Source of the DNA: Armatimonadota bacterium
Lineage (GTDB): Bacteria > Armatimonadota > SYMT01
Assembly (NCBI GenBank): GCA_046292385.1
Contig: JBKBRF010000030.1
Span: 1-64,000 of the forward strand
Direction of reading: 5' to 3'
Length of the DNA stretch: 64,000 nucleotides
The notes under the pieces were generated by a model. That model saw only the letters and a program-made list of their open reading frames with translations, had not been told where the DNA came from and did not search any database. Of the stretch, positions 20,862 to 30,448 are shown one piece after another; the stretch's first letter is position 1, and each line of letters starts with the position of its first letter. Made by a program: the position numbers and the translations under genes.

Positions 20862-23810
20862 TCAGTCGCCCCTTCGATGGCGAGGCGCAGTCACGGGCTC
20901 GGCCACCTGAAGGTAGAGGATGCTGTGCGCCATGCCTCGCTGAGCGATGAATTCGACGTCGTTGTGGTCGCCCATCGGCTCGTCCTGGATGCCGAGACCC
21001 TGCAGCGCTACGTAGACGCCGTTGTCCCGGAACTCCCGATTGGCGACCCCGTACCACCGGCTGGCGAGGGCGATGTCGTCCCGGTACCAGCAGGCGCCGA
21101 CCGCGGACGCGCTCTCGGTCCACTCGTCGTAGTAGCGGCGCTGGAGCCATCCGTCGTTGATGGTGCGGTCCGCCACCGTCATGTAGCTGAAGTAGCACGA
21201 CTTCCGGTTCGCCTCGTTCACCGTTCCGACGGCGATCAGGTGCAGACGCCCCTCCGGCCCGGCCAGCGGCCCGCTCTCGAAGAGCAGGGTCGGACGGCGG
21301 GTCCCCCCGGCGCGGCCCGCCTCGCCCATCACCCAGCGGCGCCCGGCTTCCGCCAGCGCGCCATCCGGGAGCGCGGTGAACGTGCGCAGCAGCCAGCGGC
21401 TCTTTCGGCGGGCATCCTGGTCTTCCCCACAGGCGAGGACCAGCGTGTTCCGCAGCGGGTCGACGCACGGGCCGACCGGCACGGTGCTGCGGATCCCGAG
21501 ACCGCGCTCCGGGCCGGCGCCGGAGGTCGACCATTCCCGACAGGTCAGCTCCCGGTCCGCGCCGCGCCAGAGGAAGAGCAGCAGCCGCTCTCCCCACGAG
21601 ACGGCGCTGACCGACGCCCCGGCGGTCTCGTCCAGTAGATAGGCATCGCCGGTCGCGCGCCCGTCCGGGCCAACCTGCCGCGCTCGCAGCCCCTCCGCGG
21701 TGGGGTAGAAGAGCCAGAGGTCACCCGCGTGCGCCACCGCGTAAGGATCGCCGGTGGCGACGTCCTCGGAGACCGTCACCGGTTCGGACCACCGACCGTT
21801 CCCGCCCAGCACCCGCGCCGTCACCGGACCGGGGATCGGGGCCGCCGCTTGCCGCTCCTCCGGCGTCATCAGCTCGTCCGCCTTTGCGTCTCGCGGCGCG
21901 CGGACATAGAACGCGTAGAGCCGGTCCGCGTGGCTCGCCAGGAACGGCGCGTGGCCGGTGCGGTCCTGCGCGTCGAAGTCGCGGCCCGGCATCAGGATGC
22001 GGCGCACCCCCGCGGTGGTGCTGTAGCCGTAGTTGATGTCGGCCCGCACGTTCTCTTCCCCGAAGATGCCGTTCCAGTTCCAGTCGATCAGATTGGTGTC
22101 GCCGTCCGCCTTCAGCCGCCAGTGGTACGGCGGCCCGGCGAGGAACGCCGCCTCCTCATACTTCAGCGGCAGCCGTTCGGAGAGCTTCCGCTCGTCGAAG
22201 ACCAGGTGGGCGAGCTTGCCCAGGCTGTAGCCGATCGCCTCCGCCTTTCCGCCGAGCTGGTAGCTGTAGGCGTAGTTCATCAGGCTCGGGTAGGCGGGAC
22301 ACCAGCCGCCCGGCCAGAAGCCCTCATGCGGGAGCCCAAGCTGGTGCCCGAACTCGTGGATGAAGGTGGCGTAGAGCGCGCGTCCGCCCGCGCTGCCGCG
22401 GTCGGAGAGCATGTCGGCCTGCCCGCCGCCCGCGTTCGGGGCGAGCATCCAGTGCCAGGCCCCGCGCATTCGCGCCGGGAAGTGCGCGTCGCCGACGGCG
22501 CGCCAGTCGCGACCGTTGACCTGCTCTGCCGGCAGCGCCGGCTCCAGGACGTAGTGCAGGCGGATGCCGCTCTTTCCATCCGGGTTCGGCACCGGGAGAC
22601 CGGCGTAGTAGCGGACCGCGGCCTCCATGTCGGTGCGGGTCCGCTCCTCGTCCAGGTCAGCCGCGCGCTGGATGCGGACCAGGATATCGGCGTGGTCCGG
22701 GGTGCAGCCGAGCGCCGCGAGATCGAAGCCGCGCCAGCCGTTCACCTCCCAGCCGTCGAGCAGCCCGTCGTTGTCGGTATCCCTCCGCACGGGGTCGCTG
22801 CCCGCGGACTGCTCCGCCGCGGCGTCCAGGCCGTCCGAGTCGGGATCGGGATCGCCGTCCCGGTAGGCGAGATAGACCAGCACGTCACCGCCTGCGTGCC
22901 GCTCGTCGTCCCGGCGGAAGCGGACCAGGTCCGGCCGGCCGTCGCCGTTCAGATCTCCGCTCAGCAGCGTGGACGGCCGCTCCCAGCGGAGCTCGGAGAG
23001 CTCCGCGGCGCGGTCTGCCGCCCGCCCGGGTGCGGCCGGAAGCCCCAGCAGCGCGCGGGAGAGTGCCAGGCCGTCGTCCTTCGACCGCGTTCGATCGGCC
23101 CGCCGCTTTCCGGTGTCCGCGGAGAAGGCGCTCTCTCGCACCCGCTGCTCCGCGTCGGTCCAGACCACCTCCGCGCGGCCGGCGCCGGCGTCCGGGTCGC
23201 GGCCGCTCCAGCGGAGCACGGCGGCGGAGGGCGCCGCGCCGAGGTTGAACCTCCGGACGAGCGGCTCCGCCGGCTCCTCGGAGCGGGGGAGCGTGACGAG
23301 AGCCCCTTCGCCGGTGTGGGCGAGCAGGGTGAAGCGGACCGACTTCCGCCCCGCCGCGGCGGAGAGCCAGCGCACGTCGCTCCACTTCCCGGGCACCGCG
23401 GTCAGCACCCGGGAGCGCGTCTGGGCACCGTCCAGGCCTTCCGCCAGGTGCAGCGTGCCGTCCGCGGAGAGCGCCAGCACCTCCGCGCGGCGGTCGCCGT
23501 CCAGGTCGAGCGCGGTCGCCGCCACGCAGCCGCCGCCGAAGTCGCCGAGCACCCGCCGCGGCGGCAGCGACTTCTCCCCGCCGGCGTTCCGTGCCAGGTC
23601 GAGCCACCCGCGGCCGCGCGGCCAGAGGGAGAGGAGATCGTCGAACCCGTCGCCGTCGACATCGGCCACGATCGGGATCCGCGGCCCGGCGCCGAGATCG
23701 CGCGCCCAGGGAAACGGCGGCGTCACCCGCGTACGGCGCGGCGCCGCCGCAGACGCGGCCGCAGCGACACAGAAGAGGGCAAGGAGGAGCAGGGATCGAG
23801 AAGGCGGCAT
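20862..23810 (-). CDS. Secreted protein with FG-GAP/VCBS repeats, Ca-binding DxDxDG repeats and a metzincin zinc-peptidase motif
   Basis: Signal peptide; DVDGDGFDD, DLNGDGRPD, DTDNDGLLDGWE; HEFGHQLGLPH and SLMNY. Confidence 0.75.
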   Translation of the reverse strand: MPPSRSLLLLALFCVAAAASAAAPRRTRVTPPFPWARDLGAGPRIPIVADVDGDGFDDLLSLWPRGRGWLDLARNAGGEKSLPPRRVLGDFGGGCVAATALDLDGDRRAEVLALSADGTLHLAEGLDGAQTRSRVLTAVPGKWSDVRWLSAAAGRKSVRFTLLAHTGEGALVTLPRSEEPAEPLVRRFNLGAAPSAAVLRWSGRDPDAGAGRAEVVWTDAEQRVRESAFSADTGKRRADRTRSKDDGLALSRALLGLPAAPGRAADRAAELSELRWERPSTLLSGDLNGDGRPDLVRFRRDDERHAGGDVLVYLAYRDGDPDPDSDGLDAAAEQSAGSDPVRRDTDNDGLLDGWEVNGWRGFDLAALGCTPDHADILVRIQRAADLDEERTRTDMEAAVRYYAGLPVPNPDGKSGIRLHYVLEPALPAEQVNGRDWRAVGDAHFPARMRGAWHWMLAPNAGGGQADMLSDRGSAGGRALYATFIHEFGHQLGLPHEGFWPGGWCPAYPSLMNYAYSYQLGGKAEAIGYSLGKLAHLVFDERKLSERLPLKYEEAAFLAGPPYHWRLKADGDTNLIDWNWNGIFGEENVRADINYGYSTTAGVRRILMPGRDFDAQDRTGHAPFLASHADRLYAFYVRAPRDAKADELMTPEERQAAAPIPGPVTARVLGGNGRWSEPVTVSEDVATGDPYAVAHAGDLWLFYPTAEGLRARQVGPDGRATGDAYLLDETAGASVSAVSWGERLLLFLWRGADRELTCREWSTSGAGPERGLGIRSTVPVGPCVDPLRNTLVLACGEDQDARRKSRWLLRTFTALPDGALAEAGRRWVMGEAGRAGGTRRPTLLFESGPLAGPEGRLHLIAVGTVNEANRKSCYFSYMTVADRTINDGWLQRRYYDEWTESASAVGACWYRDDIALASRWYGVANREFRDNGVYVALQGLGIQDEPMGDHNDVEFIAQRGMAHSILYLQVAEPVTAPRHRRGD

Positions 23811-23925
23811 AGAGCAGGTCCGGGAGACCGCTCCATGCGGCTTCCCGGACTCAGTCGCGCCCCCCGCGCTCGGACTCCTCCGCTCGCCGGCCTACTCTGC
23901 AGGCTTTCAGTACTGTCCGAAGCCG

Positions 23926-24027
23926 CTAGTCGATATGGATGTTCCGGCTGGCCACCAGGTAGTAGACCAGGAATCCCAGCGCCAGCAAGATCAGCAGCGG
24001 TATGACGATGTATCCGATGAGCACCAT
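23926..24027 (-). CDS. Putative 33-aa single-pass membrane microprotein (MVLIGYIVIPLLILLALGFLVYYLVASRNIHID)
   Basis: GGGAGAGGA RBS directly before ATG; GC-biased codons; one hydrophobic helix. Confidence 0.55.
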   Translation of the reverse strand: MVLIGYIVIPLLILLALGFLVYYLVASRNIHID

Positions 24028-24238
24028 GTTCCTCTCCCGCTCCCTCTCAGCCCCTCCGCATAGGTGGTACCCGCTCCGCGGAGCGCCCAGTCTCCGGCAT
24101 TGCTCCATGCTGTTTGGTTGTGATCCGCCCGCCACGCCGTGTGGGCATTTCCCGTCCGCGTAGGGAGCCGCGCGGCGAACGTCCAACCTCCACGTGGCCG
24201 CACGCGGGAGCCCCACACTGCCTCACTCGAGCGCGATC

Positions 24239-25627
24239 ATGCCCAAGCGACAGAACCTCCTCCTCATCGGGATCGACAGCCTGTGGGCCGACCACATGAG
24301 CTGCTACGGCTACCACCGTCTCACCACTCCGCACATCGACCGCTTCGCCGGCGAGGGAGTGCTCTTCGAGCGCAACTACTCCCCGCATATCCCGACGACC
24401 AGCGCTTATGCGAGCATGCTGACCGGGACCGACTGCTTCTCCAACCAGGTGGTGGCGCTGCGGCACGAGGGCGGGCTCACCGAGCGGGTGCGGACGCTGC
24501 CGGAGATCCTGCGCGAGGCGGGCTACACCTCCACCTGCGTCGGCTTCAGCGGCAACCCCAGCTCACGCGGGTTCGACGAGTACCTCACCTATCCGGGGTG
24601 GGGGAGCTGGGCGGAGCGGCCCAGCCGAAAGGCAGAGAGCCTGAACGAGGTGACGCTGCCGGAGCTGGACCGCCTCGCGGCGGGAGAGCAGCCGTTCTTC
24701 CTCTTCCTGCGGCACATGGACCCGCACAGCCCATACCTGCCGCCGGAGCCGTTCGAGCATCTCTTCTACAGCGGCGATCCGTGCGATCCCTCCAAGAGCT
24801 CCATCAAACCGGTGCTGGAGTTCAAGCCGATGCGGGACTACTTCGCCACCTGGATGCCACCCGGCATCACCGACGCGGAGTACGTCATCGCGCAGTACGA
24901 CGGCGCGGTCGCCTACATGGACGCGTGCATCCAGCGGATCTTCCAGCGCCTGGAAGAGCTGGGGATCGCCGACGACACGCTGGTGGTGCTGAACGGCGAC
25001 CACGGCGAGACGCTGATGGACCACGAGTGCTATTTCGACCACCACGGGCTCTACGACTGCACCCTGCACGTGCCGCTGATCCTGCGCCACCCGAAGCTGC
25101 CGCGGGGAGTGCGCGTGCCGGGCTACACGCTCCACCAGGACCTGGTCCCGACGATCCTGGAGCTGCTGGAGCTGGAGGCGCCGGACCGGTTCGACGGCAG
25201 GAGCCTGCTGCCGCTGGTGAGCGGAGAGCGGGCGAGCAACTGGTCGGACTTCTACCTGACGGAGTGCACCTGGATGCGGAAGCACGGCTGGCGCGCGCCG
25301 GAGTGGAAGCTGATCCAGGCGCTGGAGCCGGACTTCCACTTCAAGCCGGAGGTGGAGCTCTACAACCTGGTCCGGGATCCCGGCGAGAACCGGAACCTGG
25401 CGGAGGCGGAGCCGGGCATCGTCGACGCGCTGCGGGCGCGGATGGAAGCCTGGATCGCCCGGCGAGAGGCGGAAACCGGTCTCCGGAACCCGATCTACAC
25501 CAACCTGAACTGGCACGGCAGCACCACACACCGCGGGCCGTTCACCAGCTCTCAGCAGGCATACGATACGCTGCACCTCGGAGACCCGGGCGCGGCGGCG
25601 CGCCTGCAGGCCAAGGACGCGAAATGA
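24239..25627 (+). CDS. Sulfatase-like hydrolase (alkaline phosphatase superfamily)
   Basis: LLIGIDSL, TTPHIDRFA.EGV.F, HMDPHSPY, YDGAVAYMD, GDHGE, ELYNL..DP.E..NL. Confidence 0.9.
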   Translation: MPKRQNLLLIGIDSLWADHMSCYGYHRLTTPHIDRFAGEGVLFERNYSPHIPTTSAYASMLTGTDCFSNQVVALRHEGGLTERVRTLPEILREAGYTSTCVGFSGNPSSRGFDEYLTYPGWGSWAERPSRKAESLNEVTLPELDRLAAGEQPFFLFLRHMDPHSPYLPPEPFEHLFYSGDPCDPSKSSIKPVLEFKPMRDYFATWMPPGITDAEYVIAQYDGAVAYMDACIQRIFQRLEELGIADDTLVVLNGDHGETLMDHECYFDHHGLYDCTLHVPLILRHPKLPRGVRVPGYTLHQDLVPTILELLELEAPDRFDGRSLLPLVSGERASNWSDFYLTECTWMRKHGWRAPEWKLIQALEPDFHFKPEVELYNLVRDPGENRNLAEAEPGIVDALRARMEAWIARREAETGLRNPIYTNLNWHGSTTHRGPFTSSQQAYDTLHLGDPGAAARLQAKDAK

Positions 25628-26490
25628 AAGAGCAGACCCACCCCACCCGGCGCGCCTTCCTGGCGCTCTCCGCAGGAGCCCTCCTCGGCGCCGTGCCCGC
25701 GGCCGCGCAGGAGCGCGCCGGCGCGGAGATCGTTTCCCGCTACGTGAAGATCGGGGAGATCCCGGCGCTCGTCGTCTCGCCACGGCAGACCCGCGGGCGC
25801 AGCCTGGTGATCTGGCTGACCGGCTTCAGCGGCAGCAAAGACTCGGTCAAGAGCCACCTGCAGGAGCTCGCGGCGCGCGGCTTCGTCGCCATCAGCTTCG
25901 ATCCGTACCAGCACGGCGACCGGCGCATCGAGGAGCAGGCGCAGCTCGTCTCCCGCGTGCGCGGCAACATCCGGCGCTACTTCTGGCCGATCCTCGCCCG
26001 CAGCGCGGAGGAGGTGCCGCTCATCATCGATTGGGCGGTGAAGGAGCTGGGCGTGAAGGACGAGGTGGGCGTGGGCGGTATCTCGATGGGAGGCGACATC
26101 TCGGTCGCCGCCGCGGGGGTCGACCGCCGCGTCCAGGTCGTCTCCGCGGCGGTCGCCACGCCGGACTGGCTCCGTGCCGGGTCGTTCGAGCCGCCGGGTG
26201 AGCCGGACGCCGCCGCGCAGGCCGACTTCGACCGCCGCAACCCGGCCACGCACCTCCGCGCTTACCGGCACAAGCCGGCGATCGCGTTCCAGAGCGGCGC
26301 GGACGACCGCCAGGTGCCGCCGGACGCGGGGGAGCGCTTTGTAGCGGCGCTGAAGCCGATCTACGGCGCCGACGCGGACCGGCTGAAGGTGAACCTCTTC
26401 CCGAACGTGGGCCACGCGTTCCCGCCGGAGATGTGGACTGCCTCCCTCGCCTGGTTCGAGCAGCACCTGGGCAAACAGCCGAGTCCGTAG
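25624..26490 (+). CDS. Tat-exported alpha/beta hydrolase (esterase/peptidase S9-like)
   Basis: TRRAFL Tat signal, GISMGG elbow, GADD.QVP, VGH; ATGA overlap with the sulfatase stop. Confidence 0.85.
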   Translation: MKEQTHPTRRAFLALSAGALLGAVPAAAQERAGAEIVSRYVKIGEIPALVVSPRQTRGRSLVIWLTGFSGSKDSVKSHLQELAARGFVAISFDPYQHGDRRIEEQAQLVSRVRGNIRRYFWPILARSAEEVPLIIDWAVKELGVKDEVGVGGISMGGDISVAAAGVDRRVQVVSAAVATPDWLRAGSFEPPGEPDAAAQADFDRRNPATHLRAYRHKPAIAFQSGADDRQVPPDAGERFVAALKPIYGADADRLKVNLFPNVGHAFPPEMWTASLAWFEQHLGKQPSP

Positions 26491-26494
26491 CATG

Positions 26495-26593
26495 AGTTCG
26501 CAAGTTGCAGGTTGGCAGGTTACAGGTTTCGAACCCCGTCGTCGCGGAGCAAACCTGTTAACCTGCAACCTGCAACTTGCTAACCTGCAACTG
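26495..26593. repeat. Inverted CAGGTTG-type arrays with core (opposite orientation to the 20752 copy)
   Basis: Reverse complement aligns with 20752-20851, including CTCCG-N7-GGGGTTCG. Confidence 0.85.
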
Positions 26594-26602
26594 GTGTTAT
26601 CG

Positions 26603-27001
26603 ATGGAGCAGCCGCCTCGACCGGTCAATCCGAACCGCGCTCGCGACCACCTGGCGAACGAGCGGACCTACCTGGCGTGGATGCGGACCGGGATCGGGAT
26701 GATGGGCCTGGGCGTCGTGATCGTGCGGCTGCGCTTCCTGCTGCCGAGCGAGCTTTCCGGCACGACCCACGGATGGCATCTCGGGCTGCTATTCGGTCTG
26801 GTCGGGCTCCTGGTGGTGCCGTGCTCCACCGTCCACTACTTCGCGGTGAAAAACGGCATCGAGAGCGACCGGTATGAGCCCGCGACCCTGTGGGTGATCC
26901 TCTTCAGCGCGGCGGTGTCACTCATCGGCGCCGCCACCCTGTACATCCTGCTCACCGCGCCCGCGGTGGTGCCGGGTGCGCCGGCTGTCCCCCAGTTCTG
27001 A
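26603..27001 (+). CDS. DUF202 (YidH-like) inner membrane protein
   Basis: RDHLANERTYLAWMRT motif plus three TMs. Confidence 0.9.
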   Translation: MEQPPRPVNPNRARDHLANERTYLAWMRTGIGMMGLGVVIVRLRFLLPSELSGTTHGWHLGLLFGLVGLLVVPCSTVHYFAVKNGIESDRYEPATLWVILFSAAVSLIGAATLYILLTAPAVVPGAPAVPQF

Positions 27002-27005
27002 CAGG

Positions 27006-27743
27006 TCAGCGGCCGGCGCGCCCGTTCAGGCACGATTCCGCCGTGAGGGGCACCGGGATCACGCGATCGATGCAGGTCGGGTAGCCGGCCTTGGTGGCGC
27101 CGACCAGGCGCTCGCGGTCGAGGATCTTGATCATCCGGTAGCGGGTGTCGATGATCTCCTCGTTGCGCAGGGCGCCGAGGATGAGCGCCAGCGTCTCCCG
27201 CCGCGTGCCGACGATGCCGGAGAGCTGCTCCTGGGTGATCGGGATGTTCTTGGAGCGGAGCCGGTCCCCCAGCCGCAGCAGTGCTACCGCCGCGCGGGCG
27301 CGGACGTCGAGCGTCGTCGCGCGGACGAAGTCGTCCGTCATCTCCGCCAGCCGCCCCGCCGCGAATCCGGCCAGCAGCCGCGCCAGCACCCCGCCTCTTT
27401 CCACCGCCAGCCGCGCGTGCTCGCCGGGGATCTCCACCACCTCCGCCTCCGTGAGCGCGTGGGCCGATTCCGGCGCGTGCGCGCCCGGATGGAGGCACTG
27501 GATGTTGAAGCACTGGCTCGCGTCGATCAGACCCGTCATCCGCGTCTCCCCGGTGCGGGCTTCGATGCAGAGGACGACGATCCCACGCGTGAGGAGAAAG
27601 AGAGAGAGGTCTCGGTCTCCCGGGGAGACCAGCGTCTCCCGGCGCTCTACCTGCTGGCGCCTGGCTACCCCGGCCCACGGCTCCAACTCTGCTTCCGGGA
27701 TGGGAGACAGGAACGGAATCTGCTTGAGTTCGGCGGCGGTCAT
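27006..27743 (-). CDS. Crp/Fnr family transcriptional regulator
   Basis: N-terminal cNMP-like beta-roll; HTH ITQEQLSGIVGTRRETL. Confidence 0.85.
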   Translation of the reverse strand: MTAAELKQIPFLSPIPEAELEPWAGVARRQQVERRETLVSPGDRDLSLFLLTRGIVVLCIEARTGETRMTGLIDASQCFNIQCLHPGAHAPESAHALTEAEVVEIPGEHARLAVERGGVLARLLAGFAAGRLAEMTDDFVRATTLDVRARAAVALLRLGDRLRSKNIPITQEQLSGIVGTRRETLALILGALRNEEIIDTRYRMIKILDRERLVGATKAGYPTCIDRVIPVPLTAESCLNGRAGR

Positions 27744-27980
27744 GGCGGCGTTCCCGGTCGGGCCGTGGTGGGGATCTGGCGCTGCGCCGTCTCGACCGGC
27801 GCAGCCGACCCGAGGCGGCTGGGAAACGTCCGCTCGGGCGCGCGGTTGCGCGGTCAGCGGGCGGACACGCCACAGTTTATCTCAAACAGGCGGATTCCTT
27901 CCTATCTTAAAAGTGTCCATCTCTCTCAACATCATCAGAAAGGTACAAACTAATCGGAAAAGAAGTTGGGCCGGGACGCC

Positions 27981-30110
27981 TCAATCACTCTGGTAGAGCT
28001 CCGCTCGCCGCTTCTGGGCGAGCAGCCCGATTCGGTACCGTGCCAGGGGAATATCGAGCAGCAGCCGCTGGAACGCCCGGCCGGGGAGCTCCAGCACGCG
28101 CGTCGGCTCGACCGCCGTCACCGTGGCGGTGCGCACTTCTTCGCCGAGGAGCGCGATCTCTCCGAAGTGATAGCCGCCCCGGAACTGGCCGAAGGTCCGC
28201 GCGGAGCCGTTCTGGCGGCTTACTTCCACACAGCCGTCGATCACCACGTAGAAGTGGGTGGCCGGCTCGCTCTGCCGCACGATCATGGCGCCGGGATTGA
28301 ACTTCCGCTCCCGGCTCAGCTCCGCCAGCTCCACCAGGGTGTCGAGACCCAGCTCCTCCCCGGTCACCTCTCGCCACCAGTTGCGGGTCTGGTAGAGCCG
28401 GTCCAGGCGCGCCTTCAGGCCGGTGTCGCGCAGGAGGGCGCCGTAGAGCGCCTCCGGGATTCGGAGCAGCCGGGTCCAGCGGGCGGTGGAGACGAGTGCC
28501 GGCGCGGCGAGCTCGGGCATCAGGGAGTGATGGAACAGGTCGCCGCGCTGCAGCGGGAGCAGCGGCTGCGCGCCCTCACGCAGCTCCAGGCTGCCGGCGA
28601 GAACCATCACCGCGCCGTCGCCGGGCAGGAGCTCCTCCTCGCCCGGGGTCCACACCTCGCCGCCGTAGAGGAGCGTGAGCAGCCAGCGCTCCGGGACGTG
28701 CTGGAGCACCGGGGAGTTGAAGAGCGCCATCGCCTCCTCCGGGCTGCGCTCTGCGCGGGGGATCAGCGTCACCGCGGTGCCCGGATCGGCGGTCGGGAGG
28801 TACTGCCGGGCGGCCTCGGGGATGTGCGTCACCATCAGCCGGCTGCAGCAGCCGTACTTCACCAGCTCCTGCACCTCCTCGGGGTCCGGGTGGATCGGCC
28901 CGCCGCCGGCGTCGGCAACGATCACGTCGGCACCCTCGTAGCTGCGGCGGACCAGCTCCGCGCGGGCGGGCGTAACGACCCCCTGCTCCAGCAGCGGGTC
29001 GAGCTGCCGTCCCCAGAGGGTGTCGCCCGGCAGGCGGATCCGCTTCCCGTCCATCGCGATGTCGACGCCGAGGGTGGGGAGGGTGTGGACGCTGTACCAG
29101 GTGCGGATCTCCGCCCCGAACCAGTGGAGCGGCTCGCCGAACTCCTCGGTGCCCGGCCGCAGCACCACCCAGCGGAACAGGCGGCGGACTTCCTCCTCCG
29201 CCACCGCGAGGATCGCGGCGAGACGGGACACGAGGCCCGCCATCACCGGGCCGCTGGTGAGCACCGTCACCGGGCGCCGCCCGATGAGCTGGCTCAGCGC
29301 GTTGGCGTGGTCCTCGTGGTTGTGCGTTATCAGGTAGCCGAGGATGTGGTCGTCCTCGATTCCGAGCCGCTTCAGGTGCTCGTCGAGGTAGGGGGTCCCG
29401 TCTACGATCAGCGGCTGGCCGTTGATCCAGACGACGAAGCAGGAGCCCCACTCCGCCCCGGAGAAGCCGCTGGCGCTGCCGATCACCTGCAGCCCGAAGC
29501 GGGGCCCCGCGACGGCGCGGTCGACGTCCGCAAAGTAGAACGGCAGCGCCTCCCGCGCGGGCGCCCGCCGCGGCACCGCGAGCACCTCGCCGCCATGGGT
29601 CACCTGCAGCGCTCCGCCCGGGAGCTCCTCCAGTAAGGTGCCGTCCGGAAGCGCGGCGCGGCCGTCTTCAAAGGCGATCACCCGCGCCATCGACTCCACC
29701 GGCGTCTGCGCGACCGGGCCGCCGACGACCGCCATCTCCCGCAGGAGCTGGCGCCGCTGGCTGGCGGGCGTGCGGTACGCCGCCATTTCCTCATCCGACG
29801 GACCCCGTAGCGAGTGCTGGAGCATCCGCTCCACGCGCTCCTGCTGCTCCGGGTCGCACACGACGACGAACGGAACCCCGTCGCGCAGGCCGTGGAGTTG
29901 GAAGAGGTGGTTAAAGAGGAGAAACTCGAAGCTGGCCTGGTTCACCCCGTGGGCGAAGAGCGGGTCGGGCGGAAGCACCACCACGCTCGGGCCCGGGTAC
30001 TCCCACAGCACCAGCACCTTCAGCGCTTCGGGTGGGGCTCCCACCATGAGGGCGCCGCCGCTGGGGAGGGTGACCAGATGGGCGGTATCGATGACCTGGA
30101 TCGCTTCCAT
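27981..30110 (-). CDS. Metallo-beta-lactamase-fold hydrolase with C-terminal cyclic-nucleotide-binding domain(s), putative cNMP phosphodiesterase
   Basis: THNHEDH, SVHTLPT, GDT, DAGGGPIH, THIP; C-terminal FGEIALL...RTATV. Confidence 0.8.
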   Translation of the reverse strand: MEAIQVIDTAHLVTLPSGGALMVGAPPEALKVLVLWEYPGPSVVVLPPDPLFAHGVNQASFEFLLFNHLFQLHGLRDGVPFVVVCDPEQQERVERMLQHSLRGPSDEEMAAYRTPASQRRQLLREMAVVGGPVAQTPVESMARVIAFEDGRAALPDGTLLEELPGGALQVTHGGEVLAVPRRAPAREALPFYFADVDRAVAGPRFGLQVIGSASGFSGAEWGSCFVVWINGQPLIVDGTPYLDEHLKRLGIEDDHILGYLITHNHEDHANALSQLIGRRPVTVLTSGPVMAGLVSRLAAILAVAEEEVRRLFRWVVLRPGTEEFGEPLHWFGAEIRTWYSVHTLPTLGVDIAMDGKRIRLPGDTLWGRQLDPLLEQGVVTPARAELVRRSYEGADVIVADAGGGPIHPDPEEVQELVKYGCCSRLMVTHIPEAARQYLPTADPGTAVTLIPRAERSPEEAMALFNSPVLQHVPERWLLTLLYGGEVWTPGEEELLPGDGAVMVLAGSLELREGAQPLLPLQRGDLFHHSLMPELAAPALVSTARWTRLLRIPEALYGALLRDTGLKARLDRLYQTRNWWREVTGEELGLDTLVELAELSRERKFNPGAMIVRQSEPATHFYVVIDGCVEVSRQNGSARTFGQFRGGYHFGEIALLGEEVRTATVTAVEPTRVLELPGRAFQRLLLDIPLARYRIGLLAQKRRAELYQSD

Positions 30111-30448
30111 GGGAGCTCCGGCGCCGCCGGCAAAAGCGGAGGGGCGCCCTTTGCGTGCCCGAGTCGGCAGCACCGCCCCATGCCGCAGCCCGCTTGACGC
30201 CTTGCCGGGCAAGCGAACGCGGGAGGGGACGAGTCCACGTTGCCGAAACGGCGGCGTTTACCCTGCCGGCCCGCCGCCGGTGTGGAAAAGTTCACACCCG
30301 GCTCGTAGTGCGTGCCGAGTATTGCGCAGCGTCGGGCAGCTACCCTCGATCGTGCCGGGCGAGGAGGCAGGGATCGCGTGTCGATCGGCAGGATCTTCCG
30401 TGAACGTCGAAGACCGGCCGATACGGACTACCCTCCAATCGCTCCGTT

